From the NCBI GenBank assembly GCA_964472415.1, contig CAYYLC010000004.1, forward strand, positions 33,110 to 97,109: 64,000 nucleotides of DNA, written 5' to 3'. This DNA is from an uncultured Gammaproteobacteria bacterium (GTDB lineage Bacteria > Patescibacteriota > Microgenomatia > Levybacterales > GWA1-39-11). Positions 10,189 to 19,899 of the stretch are shown here, piece after piece; position 1 is the first letter of the stretch; each line of letters opens with the position of its first letter. The notes below the pieces were generated by a model that was not told where the DNA came from, ran no database searches, and saw only the letters and a program-made list of their open reading frames with translations. The translations under genes and the position numbers were made by a program.

Positions 10189-11191
10189 CTTTTCGTGACC
10201 GTTTCCAAACATACAAAAGCGCCAAAATGCTCCCAATAGAAAAAATAGTAAATGCAGGGGAGAGATACACATCTCGTATTGCGCTTACCCCTTCTGAGCT
10301 AATAAGTGAACTTGCAATATTGTTGAAATAAAATAACGTGAGCGGATGGAGTGCAAATAATACAAGAGAATACTTCCCAATTACTTCTAGTGCGTAATTC
10401 TTCTGAATTATCTTACTCATTGCAATAACTGCAAAAATCCCGCTCAAAGAAGCTCCATAAAACAATATATAATTATTCAAATTATTCATCCGCATATCAA
10501 TCTGCTTTCCATACAGCGCGAAGTGAACACTCCCGAGAATCACACAGAGCAGCAGTGATCCGATAAAAAATCGTACCCTTCTGCTATCTATCAGAGAGTC
10601 AAGAACTGCCGGAAACTTTGTAGTAATCACAGATCCAGCCCCAAAAAACACTACAGCAGAAAGCGCAGTCTCAACACCAAATGGAAGCATAAGATCTGGA
10701 AACATGAGTGATACCCCAAACCCCAAAACTGAAACCACAATAAGCGCAATAATAAGCAGAGAAGTTTTTCTCACATATCGCGTAAATGCGGCAAATCCTA
10801 CCTTCGTGATAAATAAACATGGCAAAAACCACAGCACGATATTAAAAAATATACTACTACTATTCCCATACAAAATTCCTGTCATGTGTTGAACTACTAG
10901 GGGAGGATTAAGATAAGTAATATTGTTATTTACGATCCACAGAACATATGTCAGAATTGCAAAACCGAAATAGGGCACCAAAATCGCTTTAATAGACTTT
11001 TGGATGACTCTCCCTACGTTGTCATTTTTTACATAGTTAAATACGAGTCCCGAAATAAAGAAAAAAAGCGGCATATGAAATGCATAAATAAGATGCCGAT
11101 AACTATCAGCGGATAGTGAATGTCCATGAATGACTAAAATAATCCCAATTCCACGCGCGATATCAATCCACGAAATTCTCTGGGACAACAT
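10166..11191 (-). CDS. acyltransferase family 3 (membrane O-acyltransferase)
   Basis: 'WIDIARGIGIILVIHGHS' N-terminus and ~10 TM segments are typical of Acyl_transf_3. Confidence 0.65.
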   Translation of the reverse strand: MLSQRISWIDIARGIGIILVIHGHSLSADSYRHLIYAFHMPLFFFISGLVFNYVKNDNVGRVIQKSIKAILVPYFGFAILTYVLWIVNNNITYLNPPLVVQHMTGILYGNSSSIFFNIVLWFLPCLFITKVGFAAFTRYVRKTSLLIIALIVVSVLGFGVSLMFPDLMLPFGVETALSAVVFFGAGSVITTKFPAVLDSLIDSRRVRFFIGSLLLCVILGSVHFALYGKQIDMRMNNLNNYILFYGASLSGIFAVIAMSKIIQKNYALEVIGKYSLVLFALHPLTLFYFNNIASSLISSEGVSAIRDVYLSPAFTIFSIGSILALLYVWKRSRKAIAPVRV

Positions 11192-11434
11192 TTTTGCAGT
11201 ATCACAAATTTAATAGATTTTGTCAAAATAAGAATATGATAATTAAAAAAACTAAAAAAAATATAATAAAAATAAAAAAGTATGCGATTCCTCTTACCTT
11301 ATTAAATCATTATTATGTAACGATATTGAGGATATCTTATAAACGATAGTTATCCACACTATTTAAAAAATCTGTGAAAATTAACTCCGTGAAAAGTCGT
11401 ATACAATCAGCGAGAATCCATCATAACCCTACCC

Positions 11435-12151
11435 TTGATGAAGGTGAGTTTTCATATTATAATACTTCTTATGAGCATCGAGAATTTTTACAATAACTAT
11501 CCCCCTCATGAGGACCTATATAGTCAAGTAGCAAACGAGCAGGAACGAAAGCGCAATTTTGAATCCCCTACTAAATTTCTTGCAGAAAGAATGACCCATT
11601 ATGCTTCTGAAGAAGTACGGAGAATTAATGATGAACTCATCCAAAAATTCGGCATGCCCACATCAAGAGAAAACGCACAGTCTTTTCGGCGAAAATTAAC
11701 CCATGAGGCCTCACGCGAAATGAACACCATTGCTATCGGGAACTCCATAATGAGTCTTGAAGAAACTTTGCAAGATAAACAATTCGACCTCAATACGCTC
11801 GTAGCACGCATGAATAACTCAGTCGAAGGAACACTCCTAGAAAAAACCCAACTCGATAACGAAATTAATCCAATTGAAATTCTCGATACGCAAACTTACA
11901 AACAGATGGAAACAACTGCAAATAATGATCAAACATATACTGCGTTCTTTAAAAAACAGGGCTCCTATATGCCAAAACTCATGCGAGGATACCTGAATCA
12001 TATCAAGGTTTTCAAAAGTCCTGATTTAGATGGAATATTATATTATTGGGAAAATCGCGCACAATATTTGCATAAAAAAATCGACAGCACCCCAACACTC
12101 AATGACCTTGCAATGAGTGAGATTGATGAAATACTTAAAAAATTCTCTTAG
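11435..12151 (+). CDS. hypothetical protein (paralog of 9436..10188)
   Basis: 238-aa ORF with a similar N-terminal motif and central aromatic-rich region to the 9436 ORF. Confidence 0.4.
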   Translation: MMKVSFHIIILLMSIENFYNNYPPHEDLYSQVANEQERKRNFESPTKFLAERMTHYASEEVRRINDELIQKFGMPTSRENAQSFRRKLTHEASREMNTIAIGNSIMSLEETLQDKQFDLNTLVARMNNSVEGTLLEKTQLDNEINPIEILDTQTYKQMETTANNDQTYTAFFKKQGSYMPKLMRGYLNHIKVFKSPDLDGILYYWENRAQYLHKKIDSTPTLNDLAMSEIDEILKKFS

Positions 12152-12193
12152 AATTTTTCGCTATAGAGAAAGGAGTCGAGCTAATTTTATATG

Positions 12194-12264
12194 CAGGGGC
12201 AGAAGGAATCGAACCCTCAATAGAGGTTTTGGAGACCTCCGTTATACCGTTTAACTATACCCCT
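12194..12264 (-). tRNA. tRNA-Trp (anticodon CCA)
   Basis: Cloverleaf folded by hand on the minus strand. Acceptor AGGGGUA/UGCCCCU, D stem GTTA/TAAC, anticodon stem GAGGT/ACCTC with loop CTCCAAA, T arm GAGGG-TTCGATT-CCTTC. No encoded CCA. Confidence 0.7.
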
Positions 12265-12315
12265 ATAGAGCTCCCATTATATGCTATAATTGGGCTCAAG
12301 TAAACCATAATCTCA

Positions 12316-12849
12316 ATGAAGGAATCGTACGTCTCCCACAACTTTAACCATCCCGAAAACGTGCCATTTAAAATGCTTACTCCCAGAGAGCAAGACGTTC
12401 TGCAATATGTAGCAGATGGATTTACCCATGAAGAACAGGCAGACGCATTAGGGATTTCTGAAAAAACTGTCGAGCATCATATTAGGGGAGTTGCAAAAAT
12501 CGGGATGGATAAAACGAGCGATCCCCAAATCTCATCTTCAGTAGTTTTGACTGCTCTTATTTATGATGGAATAATGAACAACTACATTAACCATGAATTA
12601 GATACTGAACTACAAACCCCCTTAACACTCACTGCGCGTCAAGATGAATACATGAAAGGGCTCCTTCAGGGAAAAAGAGTAAAAGGAATTGCAGACTCCC
12701 TACAAATTAGCACAAAAACTGTTGAGATACACAGTAGGAATGTTAGTAAAAGACTTGGCGCAAAATCCTTTTATCACAAAATCGCACGGTATGCATATCT
12801 TCAAAAACATGGACTTATTCAGGTCAAAAATCGAAAAGAAAACGCATAA
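12316..12849 (+). CDS. transcriptional regulator with two tandem LuxR/GerE-type HTH domains
   Basis: Two copies of the LuxR HTH: 'LTPREQDVLQYVADGFTHEEQADALGISEKTVEHHIRGV' and 'LTARQDEYMKGLLQGKRVKGIADSLQISTKTVEIHSRNV'. No receiver or ligand domain. Confidence 0.55.
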   Translation: MKESYVSHNFNHPENVPFKMLTPREQDVLQYVADGFTHEEQADALGISEKTVEHHIRGVAKIGMDKTSDPQISSSVVLTALIYDGIMNNYINHELDTELQTPLTLTARQDEYMKGLLQGKRVKGIADSLQISTKTVEIHSRNVSKRLGAKSFYHKIARYAYLQKHGLIQVKNRKENA

Positions 12850-12891
12850 TCACTCTCTTTGCCTCTATTTTAGATTCTGCTATGATAAATA

Positions 12892-13560
12892 GTGGACAAT
12901 TTTCTGAAACGATTCACGCAAAAACAAATCACTATTGATAAAAACTGGAAATGGTACCTAGCTGCTTCTATTTTTCTCTTTATGCTCTTCACTCTCTTCA
13001 CGTATCTTGTAAATAAAAATGTTTTTATTCCATTTGATTTCGATATCACGGTAAAGCTTCAAGACAGGATCCCGATACGACTAGATGGATTTTTCTCAGC
13101 ATTATCTGTTCTCGGACGGTTCGAATACACTATTGCAGCTCTCGTAGGAATCCTTATCTGGAGACGGCGAATTTTTGGAATTATCCCATTTCTTCTCTTT
13201 GCCCTCGCACATATTATAGAAATTATTTTTAAAACTATGATAGAGCACGCTGGCCCACCGCGAATGTTCCTGCGATCTCAATTCAGCGACTTCCCAGGGC
13301 TCCACGTATTTACCGAAGGATCCTACCCATCCGGGCATTCATTACGTGCAGTATTTCTCTCTATCATCATTACGTTTCTGGTGTTTAAGGTCCAGAAACT
13401 TCCCAGGATTTTTAAGGTGTTAATTTTTCTGGGAACGTGTGTGCTTTTATTTATTGTACTATTATCCCGTGTATCACTCGGTGAACACTGGACTACAGAT
13501 GTAATTGGCGGAAGCTTATTAGGAGCATCGTTCGCATTTTTTGCGCTGATATTTATCTAG
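12892..13560 (+). CDS. PAP2-family phosphatase (possible undecaprenyl/lipid phosphate phosphatase)
   Basis: PAP2 motifs 'PSGHS' and 'SRVSLGEHWTTDVIGG', in a multi-TM protein. Confidence 0.6.
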   Translation: MDNFLKRFTQKQITIDKNWKWYLAASIFLFMLFTLFTYLVNKNVFIPFDFDITVKLQDRIPIRLDGFFSALSVLGRFEYTIAALVGILIWRRRIFGIIPFLLFALAHIIEIIFKTMIEHAGPPRMFLRSQFSDFPGLHVFTEGSYPSGHSLRAVFLSIIITFLVFKVQKLPRIFKVLIFLGTCVLLFIVLLSRVSLGEHWTTDVIGGSLLGASFAFFALIFI

Positions 13561-13567
13561 GAGGATT

Positions 13568-13741
13568 TTACTTGAGCTTTTCTACTTCTTTGTGCTCAGT
13601 TTTTTTCTTGCAATTTGGACAGTATTTTACCAACGCCAATTTTTCAGGTGTATTTATCTTGTTTCTGCTCGTTATATAATTTCGTCTTTTACAGGTCTTA
13701 CAATCAAGCCCAATTTTAATCCGCGTACCTTTCTTTGCCAT
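13568..13741 (-). CDS. rpmG: 50S ribosomal protein L33
   Basis: The minus-strand translation 'MAKKGTRIKIGLDCKTCKRRNYITSRNKINTPEKLALVKYCPNCKKKTEHKEVEKLK' is L33 with its C4 zinc ribbon. At 57 aa it falls below the ORF-track cutoff. Confidence 0.85.
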   Translation of the reverse strand: MAKKGTRIKIGLDCKTCKRRNYITSRNKINTPEKLALVKYCPNCKKKTEHKEVEKLK

Positions 13742-13948
13742 GGAAGCAATTATAAATTAAAAATAGACAATTAGCAAGGTTATTTGAGGGTGTTCTCCAA
13801 CTTCCTTTTTCTGTATATTTCCAATCTCAAAATTAACCCTCTATCAGGAATAAAAAAAACTCCTTACCCACAACCTCTCCAAAAAAATATTACTTTTGAA
13901 AAGCAATCTCGAACCCATAAAATCTCTCAGATTTTGGGTAGAAACCTG

Positions 13949-14020
13949 AGCCGACAGTGGGAATCGAACCCACGACCTTGTTCTTACCAAGAACACGCTC
14001 TACCACTGAGCCATGTCGGC
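13949..14020 (-). tRNA. tRNA-Thr (anticodon GGU)
   Basis: Minus-strand cloverleaf. Acceptor GCCGACA/TGTCGGC, D arm GCTC-AGTGGTA-GAGC, anticodon loop TTGGTAA, T arm GTGGG-TTCGATT-CCCAC. Confidence 0.85.
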
Positions 14021-14137
14021 TAGAGTAAGCTATTTTAGCAAGAAGAAAATTGAAAAACCACCCTCACCCATTGATCTATTACTAGAATACATTTTTTTTC
14101 AATTCATTGAGCTTGAAAATTAACTCCTGTTTATGCT

Positions 14138-17100
14138 ATGCTTGAACTCGTGAGCAGAATTTATCGTTATAAAAAGAAATTATTTTTCGTGCTCCTTACG
14201 ACACTTCTAATAAATACACTTGCTCCTCTTATGCTCCCTCTTTCTATTAAGGCTGCTTCAAATCCAACCTCTCGTATTGGGTGGGTTTCTGATGAAATAT
14301 CAACTGATGCACCCAATAATCGTAGAATGGTTCGCACATCCGATGGGACATTGCATCTTTTTGGAGCCACGCTCACAGGAGCCATGAATGTGTGTGATGG
14401 CATTCTAACTGCTGGACCATCTTGGTTTATGTCTACTGATAACGGAAATACATGGACCTGTCAGGACATAATTGACACGAATAATAGCCGATATTATTAT
14501 GCTGCCGCTGTAACAGATAATAATGACAATATCTATCTTATCTATTCAGGAGAAAATATTGCCTATAGGAAATTTACAAAAGGATCTGGATCTACATGGG
14601 AAATGGAAAATGCACAAGTCATCGTAGAAGGAAATGGCTCTAATACACATTCTTACGCCGTTGTAGAAATCGAAGATGAAACTCGATTATGGTTTGCGTA
14701 TCGACACTTTGGAGAGAATAAATCTGTACGAGCATATTATTCAGACAATCTCAGTTCTTCACCAACATGGAATCTGAGTGCTGAGCTTGACACGCCAGAC
14801 GCAAGTAGTCTCACGCACCGCCCAGCAATCGTGCGCTATGGGCCCCATATCGGAGTTTTGTATACTGCATATGACGGTCAAAATAGCATTCAGTGGAGAC
14901 ATCGATCCGATGGTGATGATCTTAATTCTTGGAGTCCTGCCGAAACTATTACAACCACTACTTCTACAAGCTCTTCATTTGCCGTAACAGTAGATAATAA
15001 CGAACACATCCATCTCGTTTATGGCGCTGCTGGAACAAGCAACAATACGATTGTGACATACCGAAACTTTGATGGCTCTACATGGTCATCACCTCTCACG
15101 ATAAGTGGGGCCGGCCATGCAGGGGGACACTCCCCAAGCATCACCACAGATGGCACTAATATATGGATATTCTATCAAGGAAGACACAGAGCAGGTGTTG
15201 GTATTTCAACAGTAATTGGGAGGGTCGTATATAGAAAAGGAACCCCACCCTTTGAGTCGGCAGACTTCGAAAACGAAGTTGTACTCAATACCTCAGATCG
15301 CGCTTATAATAAAGTTTTTACTCATGCCAATGGTATATATACTGATGTGTCCGCTCTATCTAATGGCCCCGGAGGCGTACCCCTGGTAAGCGAAATAGAT
15401 GATGCCGTGTATTTCGGACTTACAGAAAAATATCGGTCTATCTCTGGTATCGTTAACTCGAGAGGTACTGAAGGAACTCTCACTTACGAATACTGGGACG
15501 GATCTGAATGGACTACCTTAACTACATTCAGCACATATAATCCAAACTTTGCTAATTTTGCACTAGATTATGAGATAAATTTTGCACCACCAACTGACTG
15601 GGCAGAAACAGAGCTCGACAACACAAATGCACCAGGAACATACTACTATACTCGTGCCAGAGTCACTACACCATACGCCACAACCCCAAATGCCGATGAC
15701 TTCTGGGCATACCCACGGACCGGACCCATCCAACTTCTCAAAAAATCTATCGGTGGCATTCTTCCCATCGCGTGGTATGAAACATCTCCGTTTACAGTAG
15801 GCGCTGGGCTCATCCAATTCAACTCATTTTCTATTAACAATAGTCCCCTTACCCCCTCCTCTTTAGAAGGTCAAATAAATGGAGATTACACGAATGACAA
15901 CTCGCCTACCTTCACCTTTACGCTCTCAGATCCTGATGAATCTGATACTGTTGGATATCGCATTCAAGTTGATGATTCATCCGACTTCTCTTCGCCCATT
16001 ACTGACTACACTTCAGCGTTAGAAAATCAAGGCGTGAACTCATTTACAGTGGGACAAATTGCCGGATCGGGAAATTATTCTACTGGATCTCAAGGCCAAA
16101 AACTTTCTGATGGAAGCTACTATTGGCGTGTTAAAACAATCGACAGCTCTTCTTCCGAATCAAGTTACACAACGGCAAATTCTGGCAATGTAGCTTTTAT
16201 CATTGATACAACTACCCCATCAATTCCCGGCACTCCCACTACCGCATCTCCAACAAATAACACGGCCCCAAAATGGACGTGGAATGCATCTACAGATACA
16301 GGGTCAGATCTTTCTGATATGCCGTATATACTTCAGTGGTCACAAGATCCTACATTTATAACTGATGTAAAGTCCGCTACGATAGAAGAAAACTCCTACA
16401 CCCACACAACTCCTCTACCTGGAGGAACTTGGAACTTAAGAGTAAAGGCAATTGATGCCGCAGGCAACGAATCTGCTTATTCTATGCATGGAACTGTGAT
16501 TATTAGCACCAGTGCACCAACTGGCTCTATTACAATAAATCTCGATGCTGTATATACAAATGATACATCTGCTACATTATCAATATTTGCATCAGACGAA
16601 TTTGATGATGATGCCGATCTCTCTATGATTTTATCTGAAAATAGTGATTTTAGTGGCGCAAATTATGAAGCATATACACCAAGCAAGATCTGGACGTTCT
16701 CGGATCTCTTAGATGGAATAAAAACAATCTATATTAAGTTCAGAAACTCACTGAATAATGAGTCACCCGTATATTCTGACTCTATTACGCTTGATCAGAC
16801 AGAACCTAATGCATTTAGCCTAGAAAACCCGCGAGATAATACGTATACTAATAATGAAAGGCCTACATTTCGCTGGAAAGTTGCCGACACGGAAGACAAA
16901 GCATCAAAACTCTCCAAATATAAGCTAAGAATTGATAACGGAGATAGCGGAGATTTCAGTATTGATAATATCCCCGTCTCTCGTACGACTGATCTTGAAA
17001 CTGACTCATACATTATTCGCTATGAGAACTTCTCCGATTCCGATACCTCTAATAACTATATCTCTGTTCATACCAAATCTTCTTCAAGCTGGAGTTCAGG

Positions 17101-17839
17101 AAAAAATAACGGGAAGCTAAAAGAAGGAAGAATAAACTGGTCAGTAAGCGCTATAGATAATGCAGGGAATATAAGGACTGAAACACATACAATATTTCTC
17201 GACCGAAAAGGGCCAGAAATCACACTTACACAGGTTGATAATTCACTTCAATCTCCCCCGCTCAGAACCACCTCAATAAGTCCTAGGATTTTTGGGACTA
17301 TTACTGACTCGCTGACCGGAGATATTGAAGAAAAAATGGTTGTATCCGGACCTTCACATGTTGAAGTAATCATCGAAAAAGAAAATGCTTCTGGCATCTA
17401 TATCCCCCATAGCACCCGAACCCTTATCATCAATGAAAATTATTGGGAGAATACACACGATAAAGCATCACGGGGTGAAAATTCTTCTGCAAAATGGTCT
17501 CCATTCTCTTTAGAGTTTCCTGAGCCGCTCGCAGCAGGAACCTACCGACTACAGCTTACCGGGAGAGATTTTGCAGGTAATACCGGACCCTATACAACAG
17601 CAACGCTCCTCGTTGCAAATACTTTCAATGAGACTACTACTCATACAAATCGTCATGAAAACGCAGAAATAACTCCAGTAAAATCTCTGATCTCACCGAC
17701 CCCCTCCCCAGCACAATCTTCAACACAACCGGGCCTTGCATTAGACAGAAAGCATGAAGAATCTTTTTCTCTTATCACGCAAGTCTTTAATGTATTCCGC
17801 TCAATTTGGGAAAGTATTCAAAATCTATTCTCCAGATAA
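14138..17839 (+). CDS. large secreted/cell-surface protein with Asp-box (BNR)-like motif and Ig/FN3-like repeats
   Basis: N-terminal TM/signal, 'STDNGNTW' Asp-box and S/T-rich beta-rich repeats. 1233 aa. Confidence 0.5.
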   Translation: MLELVSRIYRYKKKLFFVLLTTLLINTLAPLMLPLSIKAASNPTSRIGWVSDEISTDAPNNRRMVRTSDGTLHLFGATLTGAMNVCDGILTAGPSWFMSTDNGNTWTCQDIIDTNNSRYYYAAAVTDNNDNIYLIYSGENIAYRKFTKGSGSTWEMENAQVIVEGNGSNTHSYAVVEIEDETRLWFAYRHFGENKSVRAYYSDNLSSSPTWNLSAELDTPDASSLTHRPAIVRYGPHIGVLYTAYDGQNSIQWRHRSDGDDLNSWSPAETITTTTSTSSSFAVTVDNNEHIHLVYGAAGTSNNTIVTYRNFDGSTWSSPLTISGAGHAGGHSPSITTDGTNIWIFYQGRHRAGVGISTVIGRVVYRKGTPPFESADFENEVVLNTSDRAYNKVFTHANGIYTDVSALSNGPGGVPLVSEIDDAVYFGLTEKYRSISGIVNSRGTEGTLTYEYWDGSEWTTLTTFSTYNPNFANFALDYEINFAPPTDWAETELDNTNAPGTYYYTRARVTTPYATTPNADDFWAYPRTGPIQLLKKSIGGILPIAWYETSPFTVGAGLIQFNSFSINNSPLTPSSLEGQINGDYTNDNSPTFTFTLSDPDESDTVGYRIQVDDSSDFSSPITDYTSALENQGVNSFTVGQIAGSGNYSTGSQGQKLSDGSYYWRVKTIDSSSSESSYTTANSGNVAFIIDTTTPSIPGTPTTASPTNNTAPKWTWNASTDTGSDLSDMPYILQWSQDPTFITDVKSATIEENSYTHTTPLPGGTWNLRVKAIDAAGNESAYSMHGTVIISTSAPTGSITINLDAVYTNDTSATLSIFASDEFDDDADLSMILSENSDFSGANYEAYTPSKIWTFSDLLDGIKTIYIKFRNSLNNESPVYSDSITLDQTEPNAFSLENPRDNTYTNNERPTFRWKVADTEDKASKLSKYKLRIDNGDSGDFSIDNIPVSRTTDLETDSYIIRYENFSDSDTSNNYISVHTKSSSSWSSGKNNGKLKEGRINWSVSAIDNAGNIRTETHTIFLDRKGPEITLTQVDNSLQSPPLRTTSISPRIFGTITDSLTGDIEEKMVVSGPSHVEVIIEKENASGIYIPHSTRTLIINENYWENTHDKASRGENSSAKWSPFSLEFPEPLAAGTYRLQLTGRDFAGNTGPYTTATLLVANTFNETTTHTNRHENAEITPVKSLISPTPSPAQSSTQPGLALDRKHEESFSLITQVFNVFRSIWESIQNLFSR

Positions 17840-17849
17840 GAAACGAGAT

Positions 17850-18419
17850 CTACGAGGAGCTCTTCGCAAGATAAGTATTATAAAAATCCTGTATCTTTGC
17901 CTTATATTCTTTCAAGCTGGAATTATTTTCAATAATAACGTCTGCGCTCATACCAAAATCTGAAATGTGTGTTTCTGTAGGCTCATCATCCTCAGCTAAA
18001 AACCTTTCAAATGATATATTCTTTTCTCCAATTTTTTCTGAGCGTTTTTTAATCCGCTCATACCGGATTTTCTGATCTGCCACTATATATACTAGGTAAT
18101 TTTTCTTAAAGCTCCTCACAAATTCTACATCACTTTCCCATCGAACGCCTCCTAAAATCACTATATCCGCCTCTTTGCTCTCTATCCGCCTCTTTACTGC
18201 ATGAGTCAATACTCCTTCACCAAATTGCCTGCTCATTGTTATCGCTAAATATTGTAAATTATGGCGTGTTTGAGGTAGGTTCCATAAATCCAATGTCTCT
18301 TTCAATAAATCAGAAAAGCGCATTACGAGTATCTTTTTATCACCTGCAATTTCTGGCAAGTACTCAGAGAACAAATCTTTTCCACTTCCAATCCTACCTA
18401 AAATTCCTATTAGTATCAT
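17850..18419 (-). CDS. P-loop kinase, putative (deoxy)nucleotide kinase
   Basis: Walker A 'GILGRIGSGKD' at the N-terminus. At ~190 aa it resembles dNMP/CoaE-like kinases. Confidence 0.45.
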   Translation of the reverse strand: MILIGILGRIGSGKDLFSEYLPEIAGDKKILVMRFSDLLKETLDLWNLPQTRHNLQYLAITMSRQFGEGVLTHAVKRRIESKEADIVILGGVRWESDVEFVRSFKKNYLVYIVADQKIRYERIKKRSEKIGEKNISFERFLAEDDEPTETHISDFGMSADVIIENNSSLKEYKAKIQDFYNTYLAKSSS

Positions 18420-18483
18420 GTGCTCATTGTAGGATATTTCAAACCTTGAAGCAAAACCATATCTCCTGTAAAATAGAAGCCTT

Positions 18484-18568
18484 GCTGCGATGGCGGAGCG
18501 GTCAATCGCAACAGACTGTAAATCTGTCGCCCGTTTGGGCTACGTAGGTTCAAATCCTACTCGCAGCA
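18484..18568 (+). tRNA. tRNA-Tyr (anticodon GUA), long variable arm
   Basis: Acceptor GCTGCGA/TCGCAGC, anticodon stem ACAGA/TCTGT with loop CTGTAAA, long variable arm CGCCCGTTTGGGCTAC, T arm GTAGG-TTCAAAT-CCTAC. Confidence 0.85.
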
Positions 18569-18946
18569 CATCTCACCTCGCCAAAATACTACAGATTGCA
18601 AATCTCCATCCTTACTATACCTTCTAAAAAACATCACTCAATAATATAGTGACCTATAATAGAATGCCAAGCGTGAAAGAGAATTATCACCCTATTAACT
18701 ACAGGATACTAATAACTCGTGGATAAGTTTTATTATAAGATGGATATTAAATTATAGGCTATAGATAGCTTCTTAAACCTGATTTGACTCATTCTTACAC
18801 CCTTAAACTTGGATATCATCGTGTTTAAAATATCTTGTCATTTCTTGCGCTCTCAACAGAATGCGAAGGCATAATCCCCACTAACTCCTCAGAATTTCCT
18901 AAAAATGTGCAATACATTCTCCTTAGCCATTATGAATCTTATAGTG

Positions 18947-18975
18947 TTGACTTTATATGATAATCTCGGTACAAT
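18947..18975 (+). promoter_or_regulatory. sigma70-like promoter candidate (TTGACT-17 bp-TACAAT)
   Basis: A near-consensus -35/-10 with exact 17-bp spacing, ~150 bp upstream of the 19123 ORF. Confidence 0.3.
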
Positions 18976-19122
18976 CGCACCATCAGTTCCTTCAAAAAAT
19001 ATTCTTTTTGCATAAATATTTTTTGAAACGCTCTTTAATAATCGTATCGCACCAACTCAGATAGAAGACGAGAATCTCTCGGCTCAATCTACCAAAGAGA
19101 GACACCAGGACAAGAGGAAACT

Positions 19123-19410
19123 ATGATTGAAGCTACTCTTTTCATCGCAGCATGCATCTTTGGGTTTATCGGATCTATCATGGTCATTATTTGGCTTATT
19201 TCCTTGCTCATTCTTAATAGATTCGCATTCCCCAATTTTGCTATTTGTGCATTTTCGCTGTTAGGCATGGGGTTCATTCTGTATGGCAGCGTGTTATTCT
19301 CCGAAGGAATTCCCTGGGGCATCCAGTACATTTTCATGGGTGGTCTATTTATTCCCTTCTGCATCTACTGTAATTACCGGACTACTATAGAAGGAGAAGA
19401 TAAGGTCTAA
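19123..19410 (+). CDS. small hypothetical membrane protein
   Basis: 95 aa with three hydrophobic helices. Preceded by a promoter-like element. Confidence 0.35.
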   Translation: MIEATLFIAACIFGFIGSIMVIIWLISLLILNRFAFPNFAICAFSLLGMGFILYGSVLFSEGIPWGIQYIFMGGLFIPFCIYCNYRTTIEGEDKV

Positions 19411-19475
19411 AATCACTATCACTCTCCACCAATACACATTCTCAAAGCTCTTAATTCAGGCTCAAGGAGGCCATA

Positions 19476-19796
19476 ATGCAGAACCGAATCTCTCTCCAAA
19501 CATTTACGACGCTTGTCATCATGGCAAACAAAAAGGAGAAAAACGTCAAATTTATCAAGCAGCATGATGCAAAAGAACTCTCATATCCATCGAGAAGACA
19601 TAAAAATCATGCACTTATCGTTGCGTTTCAAAGCCATTGTTTCTGGAAAAAAGAAACAGAAGTTGACGGAATTAAGTACCTACTGAGCACACTCAAAGCA
19701 AAATACAGTACTAAATTTCCAAGGCCAGAACCACCTATTGTCATCCGTTGTCCAATTACGATATTGGAGGAGCTCAACACTTCATCTCCAAAATAG
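19476..19796 (+). CDS. hypothetical protein
   Basis: 106-aa ORF with an unusual composition. It may be non-coding. Confidence 0.2.
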   Translation: MQNRISLQTFTTLVIMANKKEKNVKFIKQHDAKELSYPSRRHKNHALIVAFQSHCFWKKETEVDGIKYLLSTLKAKYSTKFPRPEPPIVIRCPITILEELNTSSPK

Positions 19797-19899
19797 GCGA
19801 TACGATTAACCGAAAGGGTGGTAGATGTATCTACCACCCTTTTTCCCACCCAATACTGCAAATATCTCATTTTCATATTTTGTCTCATAGTCTTGAAGA

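Noticed and set aside
13784-14023. 79-aa plus-strand ORF in the ORF track.
   Set aside because: It overlaps tRNA-Thr(GGU) on the opposite strand and has no coding signal.
18236-18547. 103-aa plus-strand ORF in the ORF track.
   Set aside because: It overlaps the 5' end of the kinase gene on the opposite strand and runs into tRNA-Tyr. It is spurious.
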